Source: Lama guanicoe (taxonomy: Eukaryota). Taken from it: a DNA stretch of 64,000 bases. Shown here in pieces: positions 1 through 13,051 of the stretch. The stretch lies in assembly GCA_013239625.1 (NCBI GenBank), contig MU054323.1, forward strand, positions 20,853,082 through 20,917,081, in the 5' to 3' direction. The position numbers and the translations under genes are program-made. Each line of letters starts with the position of its first letter. Within the stretch, counting starts at the first letter, position 1. The notes under the pieces are model-generated. The model was not told the DNA's origin, searched no databases, and saw only the letters and a program-made list of their open reading frames with translations.

Positions 1-114
1 AAGCAGATAAAAAAATAAAAGCAAAATTGATGAAAGTAATCAATTCTCTTCAAGGGGAACAGAAAGAAAATGGGATTAGAGAGGAACATATAAAAGGCTT
101 CAAAAGTAATGTTT

Positions 115-250
115 GGAGGGGAGCGTATAGCTCAGTGGTAGAGTACGTGCTTAGCATGCACAAGGTCCTGGGTTCAATCCCCAATACCTCCATTATAAAT
201 AAATAAGTAAAAACCTAATTATTCCCCCACCAAAAAACAAAATAAAAACT
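115..250 (+). mobile_element. tRNA-Ala(AGC)-derived SINE, camelid Vic-1-like
   Basis: Head GTATAGCTCAGTGGTAGAG...CTTAGCATGCACAAGGTCCTGGGTTCAATCCCC with A box, B box and AGC at 153-155, followed by an A-rich tail. Confidence 0.85.
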
Positions 251-2239
251 TAAAATCAAATTTTACAAAAAAGTTCTTACTCCACCCCAAATTACAGATT
301 TATTGAACATGTATTGGATGCTTTATGTAAAATACACTCATATCCTTTACTTATTAAATATGTTTATGGAAAAAATTAATAAACATTAAAAGAAACACAG
401 TAGACTGCCTAGTGCCTCTCCTCACAGAAAATTATGCAAAAATATCTTAGCTTTCGCTTTTAAAAAATTCAGTGTATTCAAATACACATTTTATAGTTTG
501 GTTTTTTCCTCTTAACAAATATGCATTATATATATTGCTGTGCACCTTGCTTTTCTTTTTCATCTAAAACTATATCTGTGAAATCACTCAATATCAGGTA
601 CAATGATCTATTTCTTTCCATTGAATGGCTGCAGAATAATCCATTGTTTAGTTGAGTGTAGCTGATTTAATCCTAATGGTAAGGGCTTTTGGTTGTTACC
701 AGTCTCTTCCTCTAATAAAGGATGACATGTATGAATTTCTTTGTTAATAAATTGCAAACCTGGGTTTTGCAGGGTCAATGTTTTACTGAGGGGGAAGACA
801 AAACCATTCCACTACAGGCTATGTTACATTCTTTACCACCTCTAAGCAAAACTGGTCAAGAATATCAGTTTCCATCTTTAGTGGAGTCACTTAAAGGTAA
901 AAGTGCATGAGCTCAGTACTGGGATCCCTAAGTACACTTGCCCACACAGAATGCCTCCGTCTACACAACAAAGCCTGATGATTATGTCTTCTGGAGGAAT
1001 TAGTCATTGACTTCCAGGGGAGTAAGGCATTCCTTAATGGCCTGATACCTCTCAGTGGAGTAACAAAGACAAGCATTCTCACTTAAGCAGACCATAGGCT
1101 TGTTATCACCATCATCTAGAAACTGTCTTGATAAATAATTGGCTCTGCTGACCACAATACTGCCAGAGGAATGGGCTGAGGAGCTACTATTCTAAAATTA
1201 AAGTCATTGCTTTAATTGAATTATAGCTAATTACCTCAAACAGCAAATTACCTCATTCAGTTACCTTGGCAAACATTTACCAACCAGTCTATCTTGGAGG
1301 ATATTTGAAGAGGGTACATTATTCAAAGTTAAATACGTGGTGAATGATTTAACTAATTGTTTTGTTCTTAGCAGCTTGGGAGGTTTTGACTACATCTTTA
1401 AAAAATATTCTGTTAAGATGACTGTGTCCATGCTTGATGGCGTAGACTTTGAAGTATCAACTGTGCATCTGACAGTGTTTAAGAAAAACCAAAATTATTC
1501 TTTAAGGAAAATTTTGACCTTGCTCAGGTACGCTAAGACACAGGAGGTGCCTTTCTATTCTAGCATTCTTAGGCTCCACAATACTGTTAAGAAAATGGTG
1601 ACCCCATTTCTGGTTCAGCTCACCTAAAGGCCAGGACTGCAAACACAGAAGAGTTGAGCTCCATGTACTTGCCTGATAGCATTATTTCAACCCTGCATCA
1701 GCCAAGGGCTACTAAAGACCTGGCTAAATGTTTATGGAGTGCTGCCTGAAAGATATGCAATATTAACAATTCTTGCATATTATAAAACAGAGCCTCAAGA
1801 GGTAAGGCATAGAAGGGTATCAGAATTATCTAAGAGGCTTATTGAAACTTTACTCAGTTACACCAGAAGGTCTACAGCATCTTGAATGCAGAACTTTGGC
1901 TGCTAATATATATTAATTCCAGCCTTCAACTAACCAATGACTACATTTTATGTTTATACTGAGTGGAGGATCACCATGTACAATAGTGCTTCCAAGCGGA
2001 GGCAGTTTATAGGGGCTGCTGGTATAGGTCTGTAATCTAGACTTCTTTTGAAAGACCAAGGTCATGGAACCATGTCAGTTCAAGTTTGAATCTCCTTCCA
2101 TGAATCCTAGAACATGTAAGTTTTGTATAAGTTTTTTTTTAATTGATTAGGACATGTAAGTTTCACCTCTCACTTGCTACTTAAAATTCTGATCATATTT
2201 TTCTCAAGAGAATAGCAAATTAAAAAAAAAAACTATATA

Positions 2240-2720
2240 CTTCATGTTGAGCACTGTGTTAGGTCCTCTGGGAGATACTAACAATAGGAGACAGCCACTG
2301 CTCTTGGAGCTTAAAATCTGATCAGGAAGACAAGCCATATTCATCGACTGTAATTAAAAGTGTAAGGCAAATCAGTGTAAGGGTCAAATAAAAGATGCTT
2401 ACAAGTAAGAGTACAGAGTTGCAAAAGACATCACTGGGAGCTGGAGAGGTAGGGAAAGTTTTGTGGGAAACATGGAAACCAAGGTGAGTCTTGAAAAACT
2501 GGTAAGAAAAAGGAGAGAAGACATCATGGAGGAGGTGGGCAGGTACAGGAACCAAGTGCACAGACAAAGTTGGCTGGATGATAAGAGGACTTCATGATAA
2601 GAGAAAGTAGAAAACACAGGATATTTACAATTTCTTAGAAATTTGAATGCCAGGTTAAACAGATTCACCTGTGTCTTACAGGCTTTGAAAGTTTCTGAAC
2701 AGGAGAGAGATGTGACAAGA
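2240..2720 (-). mobile_element. Degraded L2 fragment
   Basis: gagcactgtgttaggtcctctgggagatac...ctcttggagcttaaaatctg and purine-rich stretches typical of antisense L2. Confidence 0.55.
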
Positions 2721-3029
2721 GCAGACTAGACTAGAGACAGCAGAAATGCGGTGACCCCATGGACATTCACTAAATGTGTACTTTTTCCTCTCAAGTAGAG
2801 CATTAATATCTATAGGCATCTATATACTTCCCTGCATCTCTCTTGCTATGCAGCACAATACTTTGTAAATGTTGGTTGACTGGTAAATATTTAGGTAATG
2901 AATGAATAAATAATATTAGCCAGAGAAGAAAAAAACTCTAATATATAGTTGACTTCAAACCTATGCCTTATGCCTTTTTCCTTCTTTCAGTGATTGGTAC
3001 CCACACAACTGACACCTAACTACTCACTC

Positions 3030-3800
3030 AGCTTCCCAAGTCAGAAACTCCCAATGCACACAATCAACAGGCAAATCTTGCTGCTTCTGCCTCCAGAGTA
3101 TCTGTTGATCTTTTTCTCACCATCCCCACAACTTACATCCCAAGTTTGACTGCTATTATTTCTTGCCTAGATACTGTGTCAGCCTCTCGCCTGATCTCTT
3201 TGCCTCACATCTTCCCCCTCTGTAACTGTTGTGATAAGAATTCTCTCTTCCAAATACAAATCAAATCACGTAACATTGTGAGATTAATAGCTCCCTACTG
3301 ATTTTTGGATAAATTCTTTAGCATGATTCACAAAGTTCTGCCTAGTCTGACTCCCTTGGCCAGCTATCTGTCACCTATCCACCTTCAAACCTAGCCATGC
3401 AGAACTTCTTTTGGTCCTATCAACATGCCTTTCTAGTCTCCAGAGGTTGGCAAATAACACTTTCTGCTAGGAACACTTCTCCCCTCACCCACTCCAGACT
3501 AACCCCAAACAACTGTTCAATTTGGGACTTAGGCCAACTTCTTCCAGGTCGCCTTCTCTGATGTCTCAAGTGTGGGTTAGGTGTCTGACGTTGGTATCGT
3601 ACTATAATCCACAATCTCCCCATCAGAGCACTGACAGCATGACATACATGGAACTTCTATTTACTTGCTTACTTCTCTCCACAGATTACACATTCCGCAT
3701 GGACAGAGACTACATCTCTCTTATTTCTCCATATTATCTCTGGTGTTAAGTATGATGCTCAGTTCATAGCTGGTGCTGAATAAATACCTCTGAGTGAAAG
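3030..3800 (+). mobile_element. L2 3' fragment
   Basis: Pyrimidine-rich L2 body ending in catagctggtgctgaataaatacctctgagtgaa. Confidence 0.65.
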
Positions 3801-4463
3801 AAGCAAAACAAAAGGACAGAGTCCTTGACAAAGTCAAGGAGAAAAGGAATTATGACTAAGATGGTAACAAGTGAATAATTTCTTAAAGTGCATCATTAGC
3901 TATATCTAAGGACCTTCAGAATCATCATTTGAATTAATAAGCTGAGTATCCTGTCAAGGCGTGAAATGTTCTTAAACACAAATATATGAAACTTGTCTCC
4001 CTGGTTTGCAAATAGTTCGATTCCAGTTCAACCAAAAAAGCCAACAGGCTGATATGTTGCCTCCCCAGCTATGGCAAGCCCTGGGGGAAAATTCTCCAGT
4101 GACAGGCATTTCAAACCTGTTTATCTGTGTGGCCAAAAACTAGCCCAACAACTTTACAGGAAACAAGAGAAGTGATAAAAAGGAAAAACTGAATCTCTGT
4201 AACTTCAAGCTCCTAGGAAGACAAAGGAGATCAGCAAAAACTGTGAATGGGATCTAACAGACAGACATAGGAGAAAGCAAAGAAGCCAGGAGAGAGAGTG
4301 AGAATAAACAGCTTGAACCTTGGGACTGTCAGACTACACCAAAGGTGAGTTATTCCCTATTCCATCAGGTAAGAATTATGCAGGCATAACTAATGAGAGG
4401 TCCCTGGGGAAACAGAAATTGCTTGAAGAAACTAGGTTGTGTTGTACCAAGAATAAGATGCTA

Positions 4464-4578
4464 GGGTGGGGGAGGGTATAGCTCAGTAGCAGAGCACATG
4501 CTTAGCATGCACAAGGTCCTGGGTTCAATCCCTAGTACCTCCACTTTAAAAAAAGATTTTTCATCAAAAAAAAAAAAA
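4464..4578 (+). mobile_element. tRNA-Ala(AGC)-derived SINE, camelid Vic-1-like, with poly(A) tail and TSD
   Basis: Same head as 115-250. TSD AAGAATAAG(A/G)TGC at 4449-4461 and 4577-4589. Confidence 0.88.
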
Positions 4579-6677
4579 GAATAAGGTGCCCGAAGCACAG
4601 AGTGGCTGTGATCTCCACCAAGGCAGTCCACTGCCTGACATGTGTGTTCAGTGCTAGACACCCCCATGGCCCAGCCAGGGCCAAGAGCAAAGTAGGCTCG
4701 CAAGAAAAGTGCCTGGCACCATTTTGTTTTATTTTAAGAGCTATTTAAAAATTATTTTAGTATTTCTTATTTATTGAAAAAAATAGATAATAAAGAACTC
4801 TGTAAAGAAAAATCTAAAAATCACAGACAGTATCAAAGATAGCTGCTAGTCTGTGTTGACGTCTATCCACACCTTTCTCCCCCTTATATATTGTTCTGTA
4901 ATCTACTTTTTACACTTAACGATATATTAAGAACACTGTTCCATATCAATCTGACCCCGCTTTCACACGGTAGCCTCTGGGCACTTTCTCTGTGCACCTC
5001 CTATGTTTGAACATTGGTCTGGGGAACTAATCCAGACACCAGCCCAGAACAGTTCATGCTCGTCTTGGCTGAGCCACGTGTGGAAAGCAGTCCCACTCTA
5101 GCCACATTCAGCTCTGCCCTTTTGTCCGCACATTCCACATCTAATCTTAGTAATGCCAAGAGTCTAGTTTTTGAGGGCATCTGAGCTTTGGTCATTGTAG
5201 TGGTCTAGGAATCCACCCTGTCCCTTTAACCGCTCAGAGAATCCTTCACTTAAATCAAGCTTCTATTTCTCTTAGAGATCTGCGTCCTGAGAAAAGCTGG
5301 AATGCCTGAAGCACATGCTTCTGAGTTTAACAAAAGTGTCAGATGAAAACTATCATGCAAAGAAAAGAAGCATTTGGGGAAATGTGTTAAAAGTAAAAAT
5401 AAGGTATCTCCACCCCCCTCTTCAATTCCTACACATATACTTCCTTATTATTCTCCATCATCTCAGAAACAGAGATCAACAGAGCAATGTACAAAGGTAT
5501 GAAAAGACAGAGCTAGCAAAGGCAAGCAAAAACATGCAGGAGTAAGGAAGTGCATAGTAAATAGGCAGAGCTTGTGCCTGGCTTGAAAAAACCAGAACTT
5601 ATTCACAGGCCATGGAGAAAACACCATAAAACTGATCATTAGAGGAAAATAAATGATGAAGGCAAAAGCCTGGAGGTTTTCAAATGGGAACCCAATAAAC
5701 TATTAAAATTTAGCTACTCCCCAGATTCTGGCCTATAAAACCACCACAGAGGAGAGGAATCAGTTAAGAGCCTATGTCTCCTTGCCATGTTGATTGCTGA
5801 TAAAAACAGTAAGCTCATCTTAAGGATGAAACAAACCTACAAAGAAGACAAAGCGCGTGTGCACACACACACACATACTTCAAAGGATGATCAAATGCAA
5901 CCTCGTAAAATAGAAACAACTAACAAAATAGAAATCTGGGCTTGGAATCCCACCAGGAGGGCCATCTCTGACTCCATCCCTAGAATCTTCCCTCTACCTC
6001 TGAGTAGAGCTGATACTAGAATTTCTCCCTAGAGTAGTAGTAATTTAAAAAGAGTAAGTGATTGGACAAAAGGGATGTCAGGGATCCCAGGGTCAGAATC
6101 TCACATTCAACAAGCACTTGGAATCATTGTCATGGGTCCACTAGGAAGTCCTGTTATTAAATTTCAGGCAAAGGAAGTTAAAGAAAAGGCATCTTTTTCA
6201 GGGCCTCTATTCTAAGTGTACTGACTCTGACCAGGCCTCCTGCTAGTCTCCTTTTCCTTCCTAACCTTTGTAGATAGCCATGAAATTCTTGGACTTGGTG
6301 AATATTTTTCTAGTCCTTCCCTTTTGGAACTGCTTTCCAGATAGAGAATCTTCCAAATCACAAAATTAGCCATCATTATACTATACCAGGGAGGGAAGTG
6401 AAAGGTCTCGGTTCTGGAAGTGCCCTGCCCTTCCCCTTGTGAAATCACTGGCCTAGGAGTGGGCTGGGAAACACACTTCCACTCATTACACAGCCAGTTG
6501 GTTGGTAACCACACATCTCTTGAATTCCTCACGTGTGCAAGGTCCCATTCTGGCAGCTTACATTAGAATTTTTTAACATCATTCTTAGAAAATGTTTCTT
6601 ATTGAATCCCATCATCTATAAAATCTTAGAATCAGCCTATCTCCAACAATTAATTCAATAACATTTTCTAAACAGTT

Positions 6678-7135
6678 TGTGGTAGAAAGTATCCAAAGAT
6701 GGCCAATAATAATTTCTACTACCTAGTTATACATGCTTGGCTCCTTCCCCTCAAGAGGTGGGGTCCATTTCCTCTCCCCTTGACTCTAGTCTAGTCTTAC
6801 AACTTTCTTTGATCAATGTATGGTAGTGGAAGTGACTCTGTGCCAGTTGTGCCTTAGGCTTGAAGAGGCACAGCAGCTTCTGTATTCACTGTCTTGAGGA
6901 CTTTATTATTCTGCTAGAAATAGACCCCACTACCCCCCAAGTCACTTATGCCCCCAGCTGAGGTCTCAGACAAATTCCACTGTCAGCTGGAGTGATCTCA
7001 GGTGACATCACATGATAAAGAACTACCCAGCTGAACCCAGCCAACCTACAGAATTGTGAGAAACAAAAAAACTATCATTACTTTAAGCCACTAAATTTGG
7101 GGGTGTTTGTTATGCAGCACTAGGTAACTGAAACA
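6678..7135 (+). mobile_element. MaLR (MLT1-family) solo LTR with 5-bp TSD
   Basis: TG...CA termini, MLT1 3' end tttaagccactaaatttggggg...aactgaaaca, and CAGTT on both sides (6673-6677, 7136-7140). Confidence 0.85.
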
Positions 7136-7202
7136 CAGTTATAACATTCAAGGTACTGAGTTATACTCTGTGGAAAAGGTAATATACTAAATTAAAGGGG
7201 CA

Positions 7203-7649
7203 CTAATAACAAGGAATCCACAATTTAACTTAACTACTATATTTATTCTCTTACAGTTCTGGAGGCCAGAAATCTGAAATCAGAATCAGTGATCCAAAAT
7301 TAGAGTCAGTGGGGCATCTCCAGAGGCTCTAGGGGAGAAAGCAATCCTCATCTCTTCTAGCTTTGGGTGGCTGCTGGCATTCTTCGCTTGTAGCTCCATC
7401 ACTCCAATCTCTGTCTCTCTGGTCACACTGCTTTTTCCTCTTCTGTCTCTCAAATCTCCCCCTACTTCTCTCTTATCAGTGATTGCATTAGGGCTCAACC
7501 AAATAATCCAAGATAATCACCCCGTCGAAAGAGCCTTAATTTAATCACAGCTACAAAGACTCCCCCTTGCTTACAAGGTAACATTTACAGGTTCCAGGGA
7601 TTAGGACCTGACATCTTTGGGGGGGGGTGCCCATTATCTGCCTAGCACA
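7203..7649 (-). mobile_element. MaLR (MLT1B/C-like) LTR
   Basis: tttattctcttacagttctggaggccagaaatctgaaatc...aaggtaacatttacaggttccagggattagg matches antisense MLT1. Confidence 0.8.
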
Positions 7650-8734
7650 ACTGTGAACATTTAAGAGTTAAGGCACTATGGGCAAGAATGAACATAAGTG
7701 GTTCATTCCAAGGCAGCTATTTTCCAAATCTTTAAAGCAACAGGTGATTTATTCTCCAATATAATCTCAAATTTTAAAACACGAAAACAAAACAAAGCCA
7801 GAACTATCTGGTTGAAGCAGGGTTGGGGTGAGAGACTGTCAGTTTGGCCTCCCTCTCACCCATAGCAAGCACAGGCTCTGATACACTTCTGTGGGCTCAA
7901 GAGGCACAGTGTAGAGTGTGAAGGCTTGGAAGACAAAGTGAAACTTAGATTGCTGTCCACACTCCCCACCTTCTTATTTCCATCTCTTCAAACGTCTCTA
8001 GTTAAAGAAATACACTCTATCTGTCACTGCCCTCTAGTCCCTACAAAATGATTTCATCTTTTTCATAACATTAATGGCTACTGTTGTTTTATTAAAACAT
8101 GCTCCAAGTCTTGTCTCCTCTCTCTAGGAAATTAGCTCCCTGAGACTAAATATTGTCTTATTTCTTCTCTAACCTCAGCAGCTAGGATGGTGCTAGCACA
8201 CACAACACTCAGGAAATATGTCCTGCCTTCTTACTGTTTTCCTAGAACTCCCTCCACACATCTTGCCTCAGTAAAGAATGAGCTGTCCCCTTTTCAACCA
8301 CAGGGGTCCAGTCCCCCTCAGCTTGACTCTAAAAATTCATACAAGATTTAAAAGCTCTTATTTGGTAAGTCTGAAGAACGTAGTATCGACATTAAAACCC
8401 CAGTCAAGCAAATGCACTAAACATGCAAACAGTTCAGACAGTGCTGAACCTGCCTCATCCTCACCCAAAATGCTAGCAAGAAATCACACAGAAATTTCTG
8501 TCATTCATCAACAATTAATAGACTAATTTAGCAAAAGGCCCAATACTATAAAATATAAGCTTTTGGTTTCTAACCCTGAAATGCTTTTGTTCAATTAATT
8601 TTTTCAAAATCCTACTCTAAACCTTATAGACATTTTCATTAAGGCTAATATTAATTTGCCAAGTCATATTACTGAAGCAAGGGGAAGGTGCCAACAAAGT
8701 CCCAGACTTCAAGGAACATATTAGAACCAAGACT

Positions 8735-8870
8735 CTCAGAGAAAGTCTACTATTCTAATCATTTAATTTTACAGATGAGGAGACCAATGCCCAAAGGAAT
8801 TAAGTAAGTCCCCAAGATCAAAATACAAGTTAGGGGAAAGTGCAGAACTAGAACTCAGTTTTGTTTCCCA
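8735..8870 (-). mobile_element. MIR SINE
   Basis: Core ttttacagatgaggagacc...ccaagatca...ctagaactcag. Confidence 0.65.
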
Positions 8871-8910
8871 GTCTAGCCACTGGACTTTTCAGGGCTTCTA
8901 TTACACAGGT

Positions 8911-8956
8911 AATCCAACCATCCTGTGCCAGGCAATCCAACCATCCTGTGCCAGGC
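8911..8956. repeat. Perfect 23-bp tandem duplication (AATCCAACCATCCTGTGCCAGGC x2)
   Basis: Read directly from the sequence. Confidence 0.95.
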
Positions 8957-10749
8957 ATATGCTTAACGAGCAGAGGACACTGTGGCCCAGACAGGCCAGC
9001 TTTCAAAGGAGTTCGTGTCCCCATGATTGGCTCAGATAGTGATCTCTCCACTGCTGTCAATCAGCCTGGTCAACTTAGATTAAGGTTCCCAACCTGACTT
9101 TCCACCTCCATACATTGAGCCAGGCCCACCCACTAACTTTGAAGGGAGTAGACGAGCAGGCAAACTGCCAGCTAAACTAATCTTTAAAAATCTATCCATC
9201 TGCTCTTACAAAGCATCTTCAGAGATCACTGGACCACAGATATTCCATTTGGTCTAATAAGTCTCAAGTCTCTCCTGTATTCAAATTAAGAGAATCTTAC
9301 TAACACGCTACAATACCCCTAACCACCCACCCTGCCCCCCCAAACAAAACTAAAGACAAAAATACAAAGCAAAAAACCCTTTAACTCTCATGCAAACCAA
9401 ACCAGAAAAGAACGAGTGTGCATACATGTTCTTATTTAGGCTCAAGGCTTATTTCTCCCCCGGGAACCCATTTTTTGGTAAGTTTATACTCAGGCCAAGG
9501 CTTATTTACAAAGGAAAAAAACAAAAACAAAAAACCAAGGAGTCACCAGGCAAATGTTACACTCCCAATTAATACACAACGTTGTCCTTAACCAGGTATG
9601 ATGTGATGTCCAGGGTACATTTTCCCAAATTCACAGCTAGAAGAAATGAAATAACAGAAATCCAAGTGGGATTTCTTCTGCTGCAAAAGTATGGAAAAGA
9701 GTCTCCATTTAGTGGATATTCATCTTAGACTGCAGGATTTAGTCTTCTCTCTGAACAACTGCCTAAAAGTACTAAAAAAAAAGAAAGAAAAAAAGAGGTA
9801 ATTTCCAACAGATTGGCTGGATCACCAGACAAAGAGGAAACGCCAGCATTTGGCAGAGTTGTGAAAATAACATTTTGGACATTTTAGCCATTTATTTTTT
9901 GGGGAGCCAGAAACTAATCTGGAATAAGTATAACTCATTATTGTTATTATTATTTAAAACCATAACCTCTGGCTCCTGGGTTTGGCAACTGGAAGCATGT
10001 TGGTTTCTGTAGAAATGCAAATGAAATTTATTAAATTAGACATTCCAGGATCAGGGTTCTGTGTTTGGTGTTCTCACGAATGCTGTTTTTTGTTTGTTTG
10101 TTTGTTTGTTTTTTAAAAGTATCCTGAAGTAAATAGGCTGCCACCTCTTCCAGACCCTGGAAAGCCATCTGCTTGGCCCTGAGAGCAGCCTGTACATTGA
10201 GATCACACAGAGGCAGACGTTCAACATGGCTGGGAGCCATTCCCTTCCATGCATGTTTCCACTCAACAACCAGAACCAAAATCCTTCAAAGGCTGAGGCT
10301 GTGTTTGCTACTTCAACTGTATCTCCTACAGCACCTAGCAGAGGAGACAGACATAGCATGTGCTGCCTACATTTTAAAAAATAAAGGAACAAATCATGTC
10401 TCTTTTCTTCCCTACTTTTTAGTTATCTTCTATTAATTACAAGTGAAAGACACTAATTAGAAAAACCCCAAACAATATACAAACGAGTAAGTAGTAAAAG
10501 AAATTTCACACTGCCCCATTCTAGACCTTTTCTACCCACAAATAAAAACATTAAAATTATACATATAACACACAATGTTGTTTCGGAGGAGTGGCAAACA
10601 CAGATGTATGTTAAATATTGTTCAGCAACTTGCTTTTGAAAAAACATTTAGGTGCATTACTCATTTATGTTCCATAAGTAGAAAGAGAAGAATCGAGTTT
10701 TCCTTGTCCTTAATTAAAAAAAAAAGATTTGAATAAAAGTATGTCCTTA

Positions 10750-11350
10750 TTATTTTATCTCTGCACTTGATCAATAATCTAGCTGAATACAAAATAAAAG
10801 GAAACCATACTTCCTCAGAATTTTGAAGGTGTCTCTCTTCTATCTCCTAAGTCTGTTGCCATTTTGATCCTCAATTTTCCATATGTGAACTTTTTTTTTT
10901 TAACTCTACAAGATTTTAGAAATGTCAAGATGATGTGTTTTGATGTGGATGGTTCTTCATTTATTGTGCTAGAACTTGTGTCCTTTAGTTCTAGGAAATT
11001 TTCCTGTGCTATTTTTTTTGACAATTTCCTGTCCTCGCTTTGCTCTGCTTTCCCTTCTGAACCTCTGTAAGTTGGATATAGAACCGCCTGAAATAATCTT
11101 CTAATTTTCCTATTTTTTTTTTCTCTCCCATGTTCTATTTCTCTTGATCTCTTTAGTTTTACCTCTGAAAGGGTTCTTTTTCTCTGTCTTCCATCCTGTA
11201 TATTGAAATTTTTATTTGGGCTATTATATTTTCTTAACTTCCTAGAGCTCTTTCTTATTCTGACTGCTCTCTTAAAAATATCATCCTGTTCTTACTTCAT
11301 GCAATCAATTTTATCCTATTTCTCTGAGAATGTTAATTTACCTTTTCTCG
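10750..11350 (-). mobile_element. Old L1 ORF1 / HAL1-like remnant
   Basis: ORF 10815..11024 (IAQENFLELKD...SKHIILTF...FTYGKLRIKMATDL) resembles L1 ORF1p. Confidence 0.7.
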
Positions 11351-13027
11351 TTTTAAGTTTTCTGCTAGTCCCTATCTTACATCTGCTTCTATTCTATTCC
11401 TTTTTTCTTAAAAAAGGGAAAAACTCTTTTCTTCTTCTAATACTGATTATAAATTTTAGGTGACAGCTTTTTCTTGGAATGACTGTAGTACTTCTCTGTC
11501 ACCCAAATACACATATTCCGATGCAAAGAATAATTCTTTCACTTAAAAACATAAAGTTCCATAATGTGTCAAACAAGGTTTAGAAAACATGCCAACAAGA
11601 AGGCAGCACAATGAAGACCACCCGGAATAAGCAATATAGAAGAAAGGCATTTTATTCAAAGGATAGTTTCTGGTTTATACGGATCCGTAGAAGCTTTTCA
11701 CCATGAGACTCTGAAGAACATTAATTCTAAATGTAAAATGTCCTACATAAAAGATTTTTCCCTTCTTTCCAATTTGGCTATGACTCTAAAGAAACAGAGA
11801 CACAATAGTTACTAAGAAGGCAGGAAATCCTTTCAGCTAACCAACTTTTACATACTGTTCCTTATGGTCAAAATGTTGACCACACTGTGGTAACTCTTTT
11901 TGACTTCATGACCTTATTACTAAGACCATCAATTATAATCACCGTTATTTGAGCAGAGGAACTGCTTGAATGCCAGAGGACTACTCTACAGTGCTATTTA
12001 ACCTTTCCCAACAGAGACTCATTGAAAGTGGGAGCTTGGTAAAATGTTTCACCTAACCCCGCAAAGATACTTCCCAGTAAATATTTGAAGTATATAAATA
12101 CCTCCAAGAAAAGTCTTAAAATGTGTAAAACTCACAAATGTTAAGTCAAATACCCATCTTAATTATATAATCACATTGAAAGTAAAATAATGCCATGAGT
12201 TCAGACAAAGGTAATAATATGACACATAAACTAAGGCAGTTTCAAATATTATTTATCTGCCTACATTAAGCCTATTTTCCATGGTAAAATATTTTTACAT
12301 AATACGCAGAGCACTTTATTTTCAAAAAAGCTTCTACTACATCACAGATTAAAATCTGAAACCATGTTCCATAGGTTATTTGTTATGTGGTGGAGCAGAA
12401 ATGAGGAAACACAATGTACAGAAAGAGCACAGGTTTGGAATCAGCCAGACCAGAGAAGGATTATCTCTTGGCAGCGTACCTTTGGGTGACTGGTTCAACC
12501 TTGTGGAGTACCTTTCCCCTTTGTTTTCTCTAACACAGGAATAACTGTGCCTACTTTGTGGAGTTATTGTGAAAAGTGAGATGATACACAGACCAATCTA
12601 ACACTGTACCCCTTGTCAAATTAAACAAGCATTGTTCTTTGGCCTTGGCTCCTGCTCCCCAGCCCTCTTTGTTCCCCTCCCAACTCTGAAAGAGGAGATG
12701 AAAGGAATAGAGAGGAGATTGGTACAAATTACCATTAAGGTCAACACACTCTGAGATTCTAAGATTCAAGAGCATCAGAACACTTTAGTCAATTTCACTC
12801 TTACTATACATGAGAGCTTTTCAAAATACATGAAGTGCAGGCATTAAAAATGACTAAAATATGGGTTTGGCATAAGAAATTTTACATAGTATTCTGAATA
12901 TGTTCACACCTACATTGTGAAGTAATCACAATCCAAACTATAAATGTAAGAGTCAAAGGCCAAGAAGAAAGCTATAAAGTGGGATGGATGGATCCACGTT
13001 GGTGGAAAAAAACACAGTTAGGGTGTC

Positions 13028-13051
13028 CACACACACACACACACACACACA
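13028..13051. repeat. (CA)12 microsatellite
   Basis: Read directly from the sequence. Confidence 0.95.

Noticed and set aside
121..192. Functional tRNA-Ala(AGC) gene (also at about 4470-4541)
   Set aside because: Stem mismatches, an A-rich tail in place of a T-run terminator, and a TSD on the second copy indicate SINEs.
2112..2164. ACATGTAAGTTT repeated around a short T-rich spacer
   Set aside because: Could be a TSD around a tiny insertion, but it is too short to assign.
10031..10436. Three overlapping ORFs with an acceptor-like tttaaaatgtag
   Set aside because: No recognisable protein, and it does not encode the expected next THADA exon (MTGREFF...).
11678..11689. 12-bp palindrome TACGGATCCGTA
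   Set aside because: Roughly 16 palindromes of this length are expected by chance in 64 kb.
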